DNA from: an uncultured Bacillota bacterium
GTDB taxonomy: Bacteria; Bacillota_I; Bacilli_A; ML615J-28; CAG-313
Reading direction: 5' to 3'
Length of the DNA: 64,000 nt
NCBI GenBank assembly: GCA_946611195.1
Contig: CAMODB010000002.1
Location: 16,301-80,300, forward strand
Both the position numbers and the translations under genes were made by a program. Under the pieces are notes generated by a model. The model saw only the letters and a list, made by a program, of their open reading frames with translations, was not told where the DNA came from and searched no databases. Positions 21,889 to 31,576 of this stretch are shown here, one piece after another (position 1 is the first letter of the stretch; each line of letters opens with the position of its first letter).

Positions 21889-21911
21889 AGCGATACCCTC
21901 CCATTTTATTT

Positions 21912-21940
21912 ATTATATCATAAAGGCAATTAAAATACAA
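21912..21940 (-). promoter_or_regulatory. Sigma-A promoter of the glg operon
   Basis: Minus strand TTGTAT (21940-21935), 17 nt, TATAAT (21917-21912), with extended -10 TGATATAAT. Confidence 0.55.
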
Positions 21941-21995
21941 AAGAAGTGGTTTTATTTAAATTCCTTCATTTTTTTACTATTTAAATATTTCCTAT

Positions 21996-22024
21996 TAAAA
22001 AAAGGTTAATCATCAAGATTAACC
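21996..22024 (-). terminator. Rho-independent terminator after the 335-aa membrane protein gene
   Basis: Minus strand GGTTAATC-TTGAT-GATTAACC followed by TTTTTTTAA. Confidence 0.7.
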
Positions 22025-22031
22025 ATTTTTA

Positions 22032-23039
22032 TTATTTATTTTTTATAGTTTCTTCATCGTACATTAAATCTTTAGAAACGAAATTTTCTTCTTTCTCTTC
22101 TTCATCCGCAAGCATTTTTTGTAATTCTTCTTGTTTTCTTTTAGCTTCTAAAATATCTTCTTCCGTCGCAACCCGCGTTTCACCTGTTTCAAGATCAACA
22201 ACAGCTTGATATGTTGTTTCCACATTATTAATACTCTTGCCTAATTGTAAACTAATTATTCCCGCAAATATTAAGAATAACGCAAATAAAATTCGCGAAA
22301 GATTACTAAAAATACCAGTTCCAACAAAGAGTTCAATTTTTGAAATATCGACTTGAATCATTTTAACGCTTAAGAAATTAAGGATTGAATAAAGAATTAA
22401 GACTCCGGCCGTAACAAAGAAATAAATACCAGTGAATTTAAAATCATTAAAGAATTTAATTCCTTTATTAGCATATTTTTGATAACCATCAGCCAATTTC
22501 ATTACTGCATAATAATAAACACAAGTAACAATTGATATTGTTAAAGCGATAACTAAAGTCAATAAATGACTCCAGAAAACTATTGATGATTTATGTCTTG
22601 CGTCAGCTAAAACTTGTTCATTAGTTTGTTTTTTAGCAGCATCTAAAGCTTGGTGAGCTAAATTTCCTTTATTAATCCAATCTAGAATAATTAAAATTAA
22701 TGCGATAACAATTAAAACAAAAACAATAAAATATTTTACCGCATGAGCAATTTGAAACATCTTTAATCCATTTTGGGGAAGAACATTATTATCAGTTTTT
22801 TTAAATGAAAACATAAATAACCACATAGCAACACAAATTAAAGAATGAACAGCGGCATTAATTACGGCCATTACATAGGCACCGCTTAAAATGGTTAAAG
22901 CTAAATTAATTACCACAAAGCCAGTATAAACATAAAGGAGAATTGGTAATAATTTATTTTTCATTGCCGTTCTAAAAACCGAATAATCTTCAACATCAAT
23001 AATCTTTGTTTTTTCTTCTTCAATATTATATAATCTCAT
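22032..23039 (-). CDS. Hypothetical polytopic membrane protein with acidic coiled-coil C-terminus
   Basis: 335 aa with about 7 hydrophobic segments, then EEDILEAKRKQEELQKMLADEEEKEE. No family recognised. Confidence 0.55.
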   Translation of the reverse strand: MRLYNIEEEKTKIIDVEDYSVFRTAMKNKLLPILLYVYTGFVVINLALTILSGAYVMAVINAAVHSLICVAMWLFMFSFKKTDNNVLPQNGLKMFQIAHAVKYFIVFVLIVIALILIILDWINKGNLAHQALDAAKKQTNEQVLADARHKSSIVFWSHLLTLVIALTISIVTCVYYYAVMKLADGYQKYANKGIKFFNDFKFTGIYFFVTAGVLILYSILNFLSVKMIQVDISKIELFVGTGIFSNLSRILFALFLIFAGIISLQLGKSINNVETTYQAVVDLETGETRVATEEDILEAKRKQEELQKMLADEEEKEENFVSKDLMYDEETIKNK

Positions 23040-23119
23040 TTTTTATTCCTCATGTCTTTTTATTCTCTATTATTATACCAAATCTTTACACTTTTTGCAA
23101 ATGATAAATATTAAGTCTC

Positions 23120-24142
23120 TTATTTAATAAACATTGCGTCACCAAAACTAAAGAAACGATACCTTTCTTTAACTGCTTCTTCATAGGCATGCATAATATG
23201 ATTCTTTCCTGCTAAGCTTGATACAAGCATAATTAAGGTTGATTTTGGTAAATGGAAATTAGTAATTAAACCCTTAACAATTTTCCATTCATAACCTGGA
23301 TAAATAAAAATATTAGTATCTTCCACACATTCTTTAAAAGTACCATATTTTGTATAAATACTTTCTAATGTTCTTGTTGATGTTGTTCCTACCGCAATAA
23401 TTCTTTTACCATTTTTAACAGCTTCATTAAGTCGATCAGCAGTTTCTTTATTCATATGATATTTCTCTGTATGCATATGATGTTCTTCAACTGTATCAAC
23501 CTGAACTGGTCTAAAGGTACCTAAACCAACATTTAAAGTAACATATTCAATTTGAATACCTTTTTCTTTGATTTGTGTGAGTAATTCTTTTGTAAAATGT
23601 AACCCTGCTGTAGGAGCAGCTGCGCTTCCATAATCTTTCGCATAAACAGTTTGATAACGATCATTATCTTTTAATTTTTCATGAATATATGGTGGTAGAG
23701 GCATCATGCCTATTTCTTCTAAGATTTCCAGAAGAATTCCTTCATAATTCATTTTAAAAAGACGAATTCCTTCTTCTTTTTCTTCAACACAAGTAGCACT
23801 TAATTTATCACTAAATTTAATAACTGTACCTACTTTTACTCTTCGAGCAGGTTTTGTTAAAGCTTCCCAGACATCATTACCTTTGTCTTTAAGTAGTAAT
23901 ACTTCAATTTTCGCATCCGTATCGATTTTTTTACCATATAATCTTGATGGTATTACTTTTGTATCATTGAGTACTAAAACATCATTAGGTGTTAAATAAT
24001 TGATAATATTTCTAAATGTTTCATGTTTAATACTACCATCATTCTTATCTAAGATTAATAATCTTGAACTAGTTCGATCAGCTAAAGGGGTTTGGGCTAT
24101 TAATTCTTCTGGTAAATAATAATCAAATTCATCTACTTTCAA
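23120..24142 (-). CDS. queA: S-adenosylmethionine:tRNA ribosyltransferase-isomerase
   Basis: 340 aa, (M)[19 protein letters not shown]..., with a TTG start that overlaps the ruvB TGA stop (TTGA). Confidence 0.95.
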   Translation of the reverse strand: MKVDEFDYYLPEELIAQTPLADRTSSRLLILDKNDGSIKHETFRNIINYLTPNDVLVLNDTKVIPSRLYGKKIDTDAKIEVLLLKDKGNDVWEALTKPARRVKVGTVIKFSDKLSATCVEEKEEGIRLFKMNYEGILLEILEEIGMMPLPPYIHEKLKDNDRYQTVYAKDYGSAAAPTAGLHFTKELLTQIKEKGIQIEYVTLNVGLGTFRPVQVDTVEEHHMHTEKYHMNKETADRLNEAVKNGKRIIAVGTTSTRTLESIYTKYGTFKECVEDTNIFIYPGYEWKIVKGLITNFHLPKSTLIMLVSSLAGKNHIMHAYEEAVKERYRFFSFGDAMFIK

Positions 24143-25137
24143 AATAAGCCTCCCATTTTAATACCTAAATGTTTATAGGCTTTCTCTGTTGCGGTACGAC
24201 CGCGATTAGTTCTAACAATATATCCTTCTTGAAGTAAGAATGGTTCGTTAACATCTTCTAATGTTACACTTTCTTCTGATATTGTAGCTGCTAAAGCTTC
24301 TAAGCCAACGGGACCACCATGAAATCTTTCAATTAAACATTCTAAATATTTTCTATCAGTTGTATCAAGACCAGCTTGATCAATATTTAATTTTTCTAAT
24401 GCGTAATCAGTTATCTTTTTAGTAATTATTTTCGAACCATCGTATTGCGCAAAATCTCTAATTCTTCTAAATAAGCGGTTTGCAATTCTTGGTGTACCAC
24501 GACTACGTGATGCAAGTTCTAAAGTAGCTTCATCATCAATTTCAAAACCTAATATTTTTGATGTTCTCTTAATAATACTAGATAATTCTTCTTTATTATA
24601 ATAATGAAGAGCATGAATAATACCAAAACGATCCCGCATTGGTGCTGTTAAATCACCAAATCTCGTTGTAGCACCTACTAAAGTGAAAGGAGGAAGCGTC
24701 ATTCGCAATGATGAAGCACCGGTATCTTTTCCCATAACAATATCAATAACATAATCTTCCATTGCGGAATACAACATTTCTTCCATTACTTTTGGTAAAC
24801 GATGTATTTCATCAATAAAAAGGATATCACCTGGTTCAAGTTCCATAAGAATAGAAGCTAAATCTCCAGGTCGAGATAAAGCTGGTCCCGTTGTTACTTT
24901 AATACCGGTTCCCATTTCGTTGGCGATAATATGGGATAAAGTCGTTTTACCAAGTCCTGGAGGACCAAATAAAAGAACATGATCAAGTGGTTCTTGACGC
25001 ATTTTAGCAGTGGTAATATAAACATTCAACATTTCTTTGATTTCTTCTTGACCAACATATTCTGTTAATCTTTTCGGACGAAGAGTAGCTTCTTCTTCAT
25101 CTCCAGGAATCATCTTTTGATCGGTTATATTTTCCAT
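24139..25137 (-). CDS. ruvB: Holliday junction branch migration ATPase RuvB
   Basis: Walker [10 protein letters not shown] and Walker B FIDEIH. Start set at ATG 25137 (MENITDQK), with AAGGAG 7 nt upstream; the track start 25170 is a TTG. Stop is TGA, followed by AAG TAG. Confidence 0.95.
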   Translation of the reverse strand: MENITDQKMIPGDEEEATLRPKRLTEYVGQEEIKEMLNVYITTAKMRQEPLDHVLLFGPPGLGKTTLSHIIANEMGTGIKVTTGPALSRPGDLASILMELEPGDILFIDEIHRLPKVMEEMLYSAMEDYVIDIVMGKDTGASSLRMTLPPFTLVGATTRFGDLTAPMRDRFGIIHALHYYNKEELSSIIKRTSKILGFEIDDEATLELASRSRGTPRIANRLFRRIRDFAQYDGSKIITKKITDYALEKLNIDQAGLDTTDRKYLECLIERFHGGPVGLEALAATISEESVTLEDVNEPFLLQEGYIVRTNRGRTATEKAYKHLGIKMGGLF

Positions 25138-25205
25138 AAAAGACTCCTTTCTTTTGCTTTTACACTCCAATTATGATATAATTTATTTAATTAAGGAGGT
25201 AAATT

Positions 25206-25769
25206 ATGTATAGTTATTTTAAAGGAGAAGTTACTGAAATAACTTCTACTCACATCACTTGTGAAGTAAATAATGTAGGTTATTTAATTAAAGTACCTAA
25301 CCCTTATATTTTCACACTTAATACCCCAACCATCATCTATATTCACCATCATGTTAGGGAAGATGCCATTGAACTCTATGGCTTTTCAACTAAAGACGAA
25401 AAAATCTTTTTTGAAAAACTCATCAGCGTTAAAGGTCTAGGCCCTAAAGGTGCTCTCGCAATCCTTGCTTCTAGCACACCTAGTGAAATTAAAGAAGCAG
25501 TAGAAAATGGTGAAGCTAAATATTTTTCTAAATTCCCTGGCATTGGCACAAAATTAAGTCAACAAATAATTCTTGATTTAAAAGGTAAAGTTGATTTAGA
25601 TGTTGAATCAAAAGTTGCCGATGTAAGAATTGAAGAAACTAGTTTAGCTCTTAAATCTTTAGGTTATTCTAGTACGGAAATTAAGAATGTCATAAAGAAA
25701 TTAAAATTAGATAATGATACAACCTTAGCAGAAGCTGTGAAAATGGCTTTAAGGTTACTTAAAAATTAA
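25206..25769 (+). CDS. ruvA: Holliday junction DNA helicase subunit RuvA
   Basis: 187 aa, MYSYFKGEV..., with HhH motifs (VKGLGPKGALAIL and FPGIGTKLSQQI). One of only two plus-strand genes; divergent from ruvB. Confidence 0.93.
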   Translation: MYSYFKGEVTEITSTHITCEVNNVGYLIKVPNPYIFTLNTPTIIYIHHHVREDAIELYGFSTKDEKIFFEKLISVKGLGPKGALAILASSTPSEIKEAVENGEAKYFSKFPGIGTKLSQQIILDLKGKVDLDVESKVADVRIEETSLALKSLGYSSTEIKNVIKKLKLDNDTTLAEAVKMALRLLKN

Positions 25770-25775
25770 TCTTGA

Positions 25776-25815
25776 AAGGAGACTTCTAGAAACGGAAGCC
25801 TCCTTTATTTTTTCC
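25776..25815 (+). terminator. Rho-independent terminator of ruvA, embedded in the 3' end of convergent ffh
   Basis: Plus strand AAGGAGaCTTC-TAGAAACG-GAAGcCTCCTT followed by TATTTTTTCC. Confidence 0.55.
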
Positions 25816-27189
25816 TTTACCTTTCTTTGGCTTACCAGCTCTAATTGGCATATTACCATTACGAGCTGCTTTTTGCATATCTTCTTCACTCATGCCGGCC
25901 ATAGCTATCATTTGTTTTTTCATATCTTCAAAACGTTTTGTTAAATTATTAATTTCCTGATATGGACGTCCTGATCCTTTCGCAATCCGCATCTTTCTCG
26001 AATGTGATGTTGCAACTTCATCAGGATGTTTTCTTTCATATTTAGTCATTGAACTAATAGCTACTTCAATATAAGTAAATTGTTTTTCATCAATTTCCAT
26101 ATTTCTGATTTGACTACCAATACCGGGAATCATACCAAGTAAGCCTTTTAATGAACCCATTCTCTTAATCATCTTAATTTGATCTAAGAAATCATCATAA
26201 GTAAAGATTCCTTTTTGGAGTCTTTCATTTAATTTCATTGCGTCAGTTTCATCAATATTTTCCGTAGCTTTTTCAATTAAGCCTAAAACATCACCCATAC
26301 CAAGAATTCTTTTTGCCATTCTTTCGGGATGGAAGACTTCTAATTGATCTAATTTTTCTCCGACACCGGTAAATTTAATCGGAATGTGGGTTAAATAACG
26401 AATTGATAAAGCAGCACCACCACGGGTATCTGAATCAAGTTTAGTTAATAAACAACCAGTCACACCTAATTTTTCATGAAAGGTAGATGCTACATTAACT
26501 GCATCTTGACCAGTCATCGCATCAATTGTTAACATGATTTCATCTGGATGAGCAATTTCTTTAATGTCTACTAATTCCTGCATTAAGACTTCATCAATTT
26601 GTAAACGACCAGCGGTATCAATAATGACTAAATTATTATTATGTTCTTTCGCATATTCTAAACCTTTTTTAACAATAACTTGTGGTTTAGCCATAATGCC
26701 CATTTCAAAAACATCAATATCGAGTTGTTTACCAAGTTGAACTAATTGATTAACAGCTGCGGGTCGATAAACGTCAGCCGCAATCATTAATGGCTTCATA
26801 TTATTATATTTACGCAAGTGATTAGCTAATTTTGCTGTATGAGTAGTTTTACCACTACCTTGTAAACCACACATAAGAATAATACTAGTTCCACTCTTTT
26901 TAAGATTAATAGGACTAGCTTCTTCACCCATTAATTTAACTAATTCTTCATAAACAATTTTTATTACTTGATCACCTGGTGTTAAAGATTTCATAACTCT
27001 TTCACCAAGAGCTTGTTCTTTGATATCCGCAATAAATTCTTTAACTATTTTATAATTTACATCTGCTTCTAGTAACGCTACTCTTATTTCCCGCATTGCG
27101 GTATCAATATCATTTTCATTTAAGCGACCACGTCCTGTTAAACGACGTAAACTCATTTGAATCTTATCAGATAAAGTTTCTAAAGGCAT
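25786..27189 (-). CDS. ffh: Signal recognition particle protein Ffh
   Basis: 467 aa with GLQGSGKTT, DTAGR, and a Met-rich M domain. Confidence 0.97.
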   Translation of the reverse strand: MPLETLSDKIQMSLRRLTGRGRLNENDIDTAMREIRVALLEADVNYKIVKEFIADIKEQALGERVMKSLTPGDQVIKIVYEELVKLMGEEASPINLKKSGTSIILMCGLQGSGKTTHTAKLANHLRKYNNMKPLMIAADVYRPAAVNQLVQLGKQLDIDVFEMGIMAKPQVIVKKGLEYAKEHNNNLVIIDTAGRLQIDEVLMQELVDIKEIAHPDEIMLTIDAMTGQDAVNVASTFHEKLGVTGCLLTKLDSDTRGGAALSIRYLTHIPIKFTGVGEKLDQLEVFHPERMAKRILGMGDVLGLIEKATENIDETDAMKLNERLQKGIFTYDDFLDQIKMIKRMGSLKGLLGMIPGIGSQIRNMEIDEKQFTYIEVAISSMTKYERKHPDEVATSHSRKMRIAKGSGRPYQEINNLTKRFEDMKKQMIAMAGMSEEDMQKAARNGNMPIRAGKPKKGKGKNKGGFRF

Positions 27190-27193
27190 CTTA

Positions 27194-27514
27194 TTACTCC
27201 ATTTCTTCGAGTTCTTTAATCAATTCTTTTCCTTCATCATCACAATGATTTTTAAGATTTTGATAGATTTTATCTCTCTGTAAATCTTTTTGATAAAGAC
27301 CAAGTTTATTTTCAAATTCTTCAAGACTATTTATTACTTTTTTTAAGGTATCCCAAACCGCATTACGGCTAATATGTAATTCATTAGCTATTTCTGCTAA
27401 GCTATAATCTTCATTATAATAATATATAAATAAATCTTGTTGTTTAGGGGTTAAAAGCTCACTATAATAAGCAAACAAGCAAGAATAGTAAGCCTTTTTT
27501 TCAATATCATTCAT
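27194..27514 (-). CDS. ylxM: YlxM/p13-like putative DNA-binding protein
   Basis: HTH segment YSLAEIANELHISRNAVWDTLKK, located upstream of ffh. Start chosen at MNDIEKK (ATG 27514), giving the ATGAATGA overlap with ftsY. The track ORF starts at 27529. Confidence 0.85.
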   Translation of the reverse strand: MNDIEKKAYYSCLFAYYSELLTPKQQDLFIYYYNEDYSLAEIANELHISRNAVWDTLKKVINSLEEFENKLGLYQKDLQRDKIYQNLKNHCDDEGKELIKELEEME

Positions 27515-28478
27515 CCTCTTCCTCATCAAATAAACTATTAATATAATTTTCTAAATCAAAATATTCTAGATCTTCCATCTTTTCACCAAGACCAACCATC
27601 TTGATCGGTAAATTATATTTATCTTTAATAGCTAGAACGATACCACCTTTACTAGTACCATCAAGCTTAGTTAAAATAACACCAGTAACATTAGTTACTT
27701 CCATAAAGGCTTCCGCTTGTGATAAACCATTTTGACCTGTTGTTGCGTCAATAACTAGTAAAGTTTCATGTGGAGCATTAGGTACTTCTCTTTCTATTAC
27801 TTTATTCATTTTCGCAAGTTCAGCCATTAAGCCTGCTTTATTTTGAAGTCTACCAGCAGTATCACAGAGAAGGACATCATATTTACCTTCTTTAGCTCTC
27901 TTTATCGCATCAAAGATTACACTAGATGGATCAGTAGCACCTTTTTTAATTACAATGTCTACCCCTACTCTTTTTGCCCATTCTTCTAATTGATCAACAG
28001 CTCCTGCTCTAAATGTATCACCGGCAGCTAATAATACTTTCTTACCTTCTTTTTTCAATCGATAAGCAATTTTTGCGATAGTAGTTGTTTTACCAACACC
28101 ATTAACACCAACAAATAAGAAAACACTTAAGCCTTCTTTTTGTACATTTAAGTTATTATTAACAATTTCACCTTTAAGATATAAATCAAACATCTTATCG
28201 ACAATGATTGGTTGAAGTTCACTAGCTGTTTTACAATCTTTTACTCTTTCATCACTTTTTAATTCTTCAATGAAATTAAGAGTAGTTTCAACCCCAACAT
28301 CAGCCATAATAAAGATATCGGTTAAATCATCAAATAAATCTTCGGTAACAGAATTGTAACCAGTTAAGACTTGTTTTAAACGACCTAATAAACCAGTTCT
28401 TGTTTTCTTTAATCCTAAATTATATTTTTTACTTTGTTCATTTTTTTCTTTTCTTTTACCAAAAAATAAAAAACCCAT
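27507..28478 (-). CDS. ftsY: Signal recognition particle receptor FtsY
   Basis: 323 aa with GVNGVGKTT and DTAGR motifs. TGA stop. Confidence 0.96.
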   Translation of the reverse strand: MGFLFFGKRKEKNEQSKKYNLGLKKTRTGLLGRLKQVLTGYNSVTEDLFDDLTDIFIMADVGVETTLNFIEELKSDERVKDCKTASELQPIIVDKMFDLYLKGEIVNNNLNVQKEGLSVFLFVGVNGVGKTTTIAKIAYRLKKEGKKVLLAAGDTFRAGAVDQLEEWAKRVGVDIVIKKGATDPSSVIFDAIKRAKEGKYDVLLCDTAGRLQNKAGLMAELAKMNKVIEREVPNAPHETLLVIDATTGQNGLSQAEAFMEVTNVTGVILTKLDGTSKGGIVLAIKDKYNLPIKMVGLGEKMEDLEYFDLENYINSLFDEEEDE

Positions 28479-28500
28479 TTTGTAGAACCTCTTTCATTAT

Positions 28501-28529
28501 ATTATACAATATTCTTCTTACTTTTTCAA
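28501..28529 (-). promoter_or_regulatory. Sigma-A promoter of ftsY-ylxM-ffh
   Basis: Minus strand TTGAAA (28529-28524), 17 nt, TATAAT (28506-28501). Confidence 0.6.
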
Positions 28530-28562
28530 GGTATAAGTAAGAAAAGAATTTGACAAAATTTT

Positions 28563-28654
28563 TAAATAAAAAGTTAGGTGGAGGGGACCACCTAACTTAA
28601 GGGGGATGTGAGTTATTCACTCACTAAAGGGGATATGTGTAATCTTTCGATTAC
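28563..28654 (-). ncRNA. Candidate ~90-nt C-rich trans-acting sRNA (RsaE/RoxS-like architecture)
   Basis: Minus strand reads GTAATC-GAAA-GATTAC ACATATCCCCTTTA GTGAGT-GAATA-ACTCAC ATCCCCCTTA AGTTAGGTGG-TCCCCT-CCACCTAACT TTTTATTT. That is three hairpins, the last an intrinsic terminator, with CCCC motifs in both linkers and in the terminator loop. It has its own promoter (next feature). Confidence 0.5.
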
Positions 28655-28659
28655 GTTTT

Positions 28660-28688
28660 ATTTTATCATTATTTCGACTTTTTTTCAA
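28660..28688 (-). promoter_or_regulatory. Sigma-A promoter of the candidate sRNA
   Basis: Minus strand TTGAAA (28688-28683), 17 nt, TAAAAT (28665-28660), with extended -10 TGATAAAAT. Begins 5 nt after the topA stop codon. Confidence 0.55.
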
Positions 28689-28692
28689 ATAA

Positions 28693-30807
28693 TTAGTCTT
28701 TTTTTGCAGCAAGCTTTTTTAACGCAATAACCGTTTTACACTTTTCATTACCACAGCGTGTAGTACCATCTTTCATGGTAATCATAAAGCCACCACAAAC
28801 TTCACATTTTTCTCCATTAGGGATTCCAGAGAAAGTAGTTTTACATTTAGGATATCTATCACAGGCATAGAAGATGGATCCTTTAGTACGACCTCTAACA
28901 TTAATTCTTTCTACTAATTCTCCTTCACCACAAATTGGACATTTAACACCAGTACGAACTGGTTCAACTTTTGGTTTCTTTTTAATGAATTTACAATGTG
29001 GATAATCGGAACAAGCCGTAAATTCACCAAAAGGTCCTCGACGAATTACTAATGGACAACCACATTCTGGACAGAATTCATCTGTTTTCTTTGGATATAT
29101 TTTAACCATATTGTCTCTAGCATTTTCAATTAATGGTACAAATCGATCATAGAATTTACGAATTTCTTCATACCAAACTGCTTTGCCTTCCGCAATCAAG
29201 TCTAAAGTATTTTCCATTTTAGCAGTATATTCAACATTAATAATAGAACTAAAGAATAAATCCAATTGTTCACTTGTTAAAATACCTTGTTCAGTTGGTA
29301 CAAAAGCCCGATGATCCATCACCGCATAAGCTCTAAGTCTTAAAGTTTCCATTGTTAAGGCATATGTTGAAGGACGACCAATACCTAATTCTTCCATTTT
29401 CTTAATTAATCTTGCTTCAGTATAACGATATGGAGGAAGCGTGAATTTTTGTTCCATCTTAATATCTTCTTTAATTAAAGTTTCACCAATATTCATTTCT
29501 GGTAAAATATTTAATTCTTCTTCGGGACTAGCTTCGATGCTTGTTTCTTCATATACTTTTAAGAAGCCATCATAAATAGTAATTTCCCCATTAACATTAA
29601 AAATGTAGCCATTATTATTAATATCAATTTTAGTATCTTCAACAACCGCATCAGCCATAAGAGAAGATAAGGCCCGATTATAAATTAATGAATAAATTTT
29701 ATAATCTTCTAAAGATAAATATTTTTTAATACTTTCTGGTGTTCTTCTAATATCTGTAGGTCTGATTGCTTCATGGGCATCTTGAACATTCTTCGTTTTA
29801 CTACTTTTTTTAACACCTTTATAATAATCTTTACCAAAATTATTAACAATATAATTTTTAGCATTTTCCACAAATTCATCGCTTAGACGAATCGAATCGG
29901 TACGCATATAAGTAATTAAACCAACCCGTTCATCACCTAATTCCACACCTTCATATAATTTTTGTGCAATACCCATTACTCTTTTCGCATTATAATTGAA
30001 TTTTGCGGAAGCATCTTGTTGAAGCGTTGAAGTAATAAATGGTGGTTTAGAACTACGTGAACGTCTCTTTTTAACAACATCGGTAATAACATAATCACTA
30101 TTTAATGAATCCACTATTTTTTTCGCTTCTTCTTCATTTTTAACATCGATTTTATTACCATTATAACTATTCAATTTTGCTTTAAAATGATATTCACCTT
30201 TATCAGTTTCTTTAACTAAGAAAGCATTAATATCCCAATATTCACTACTATCAAAAGCTTTAATTTCTTTTTCTCTATCAACTACTAATTTTAATGCTAC
30301 GCTTTGAACACGACCAGCTGATTTAGAACCAAGTTTTTGCTGCATCAAGCTTGATAAGCGGAACCCTATAATACGGTCTAAGATTCTTCTTGATTCTTGA
30401 GAATGCACTAAATTCATATCAACTTGGCGATCATTGCCAATAGCTTTTAGAATTGCTCCTTTAGTAATTTCATTGAAGACAATTCTTGATACTTTTTTAT
30501 TAGGTTGTTCTAACACTTCTTTTAAGTGCCAACTAATAGCTTCTCCTTCTCTATCGGGGTCGGTCGCAAGATAAATATGATCAGCTTTTCTAGCTAAAGC
30601 TTTTAGATGTTCTACAATTTCTACTTTATCTTTTAATATTACATATTCAGGCGCAAAGTTGTTATTAATATCAACTCCAAAACCACCTTTTCCTTTGATA
30701 CTTAAATCTCTAATATGACCAATACTAGATTCTACTTGATAATCACTGCCTAAATAATTACCAATAGTTTTACATTTTGCAGGTGATTCTACAATAACTA
30801 AATTCAT
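28693..30807 (-). CDS. topA: DNA topoisomerase I
   Basis: 704 aa with a TOPRIM domain (LVIVESPAKCKTI), the active-site region, and C-terminal CxxC zinc ribbons. Confidence 0.97.
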   Translation of the reverse strand: MNLVIVESPAKCKTIGNYLGSDYQVESSIGHIRDLSIKGKGGFGVDINNNFAPEYVILKDKVEIVEHLKALARKADHIYLATDPDREGEAISWHLKEVLEQPNKKVSRIVFNEITKGAILKAIGNDRQVDMNLVHSQESRRILDRIIGFRLSSLMQQKLGSKSAGRVQSVALKLVVDREKEIKAFDSSEYWDINAFLVKETDKGEYHFKAKLNSYNGNKIDVKNEEEAKKIVDSLNSDYVITDVVKKRRSRSSKPPFITSTLQQDASAKFNYNAKRVMGIAQKLYEGVELGDERVGLITYMRTDSIRLSDEFVENAKNYIVNNFGKDYYKGVKKSSKTKNVQDAHEAIRPTDIRRTPESIKKYLSLEDYKIYSLIYNRALSSLMADAVVEDTKIDINNNGYIFNVNGEITIYDGFLKVYEETSIEASPEEELNILPEMNIGETLIKEDIKMEQKFTLPPYRYTEARLIKKMEELGIGRPSTYALTMETLRLRAYAVMDHRAFVPTEQGILTSEQLDLFFSSIINVEYTAKMENTLDLIAEGKAVWYEEIRKFYDRFVPLIENARDNMVKIYPKKTDEFCPECGCPLVIRRGPFGEFTACSDYPHCKFIKKKPKVEPVRTGVKCPICGEGELVERINVRGRTKGSIFYACDRYPKCKTTFSGIPNGEKCEVCGGFMITMKDGTTRCGNEKCKTVIALKKLAAKKD

Positions 30808-30833
30808 TTTTATTACCTACCTATTCGCGTTAA

Positions 30834-30862
30834 ATTATACAAATTAATTTTTTAAAAGTCAA
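30834..30862 (-). promoter_or_regulatory. Sigma-A promoter of topA
   Basis: Minus strand TTGACT (30862-30857), 17 nt, TATAAT (30839-30834). Confidence 0.65.
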
Positions 30863-30890
30863 TTAAATAAACTTTTAAATTTTTTCTAAT

Positions 30891-30924
30891 TTAAAAAAAG
30901 TTTATCTATTTTCTAGATAAACTT
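30891..30924 (-). terminator. Rho-independent terminator after rnhB
   Basis: Minus strand AAGTTTATCTA-GAAAA-TAGATAAACTT followed by TTTTTTTAA. Confidence 0.7.
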
Positions 30925-30928
30925 CTTA

Positions 30929-31576
30929 TTATTCTTTATTCTGATAAAGTTCGTCAAAAAGCGTTCTTTCCATTTTATTTTTAACTGGGCCAAAACTTTG
31001 ACGATGAATTGGACAAATTCCATATTTTTCAATGGCTTCTAAATGAGCTTTAGTTCCATATCCTTTATGTTTATCAAAACCATATTCCGGATATTTCTTA
31101 GCTATTTTAATCATATATTCATCACGCGCTACTTTTGCTAAAATCGAAGCACAAGCTATTGTAAAACTTAAAGAATCACCTTTAATATAGTCTTGATATG
31201 GAAGATCAATATCTAATTTCATCGCATCAGTTAAAACATAATCTGGAATTATTTTAAGGCTTTTTATTGCTTCAGTCATTGCTAATCTACTAGCTTCTAA
31301 GATATTAATATCATCGATTGTTTTTTCATCAATAAAGATAACTGAATAAGCTAAAGCTTTTTCTTTAATTTCTTTTTCTAAAATTAAACGATTCTTAAGT
31401 GTTACTTTTTTTGAATCTGTTACGCCTTCAATTATCATGCCTTTAGGCATAATAACAGCGGCAGCTACTACTGGTCCCGCTAAAGGTCCTCGACCGGCTT
31501 CATCGGTGCCACAAATATATTTAAATCCTTGTTTATATAAAGATTCTTCTATTTGATGATTATCATAATGTTTCAT
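30929..31576 (-). CDS. rnhB: Ribonuclease HII
   Basis: 215 aa with GTDEAGRGPLAGPVVAAAV and DSK motifs. Confidence 0.95.
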   Translation of the reverse strand: MKHYDNHQIEESLYKQGFKYICGTDEAGRGPLAGPVVAAAVIMPKGMIIEGVTDSKKVTLKNRLILEKEIKEKALAYSVIFIDEKTIDDINILEASRLAMTEAIKSLKIIPDYVLTDAMKLDIDLPYQDYIKGDSLSFTIACASILAKVARDEYMIKIAKKYPEYGFDKHKGYGTKAHLEAIEKYGICPIHRQSFGPVKNKMERTLFDELYQNKE

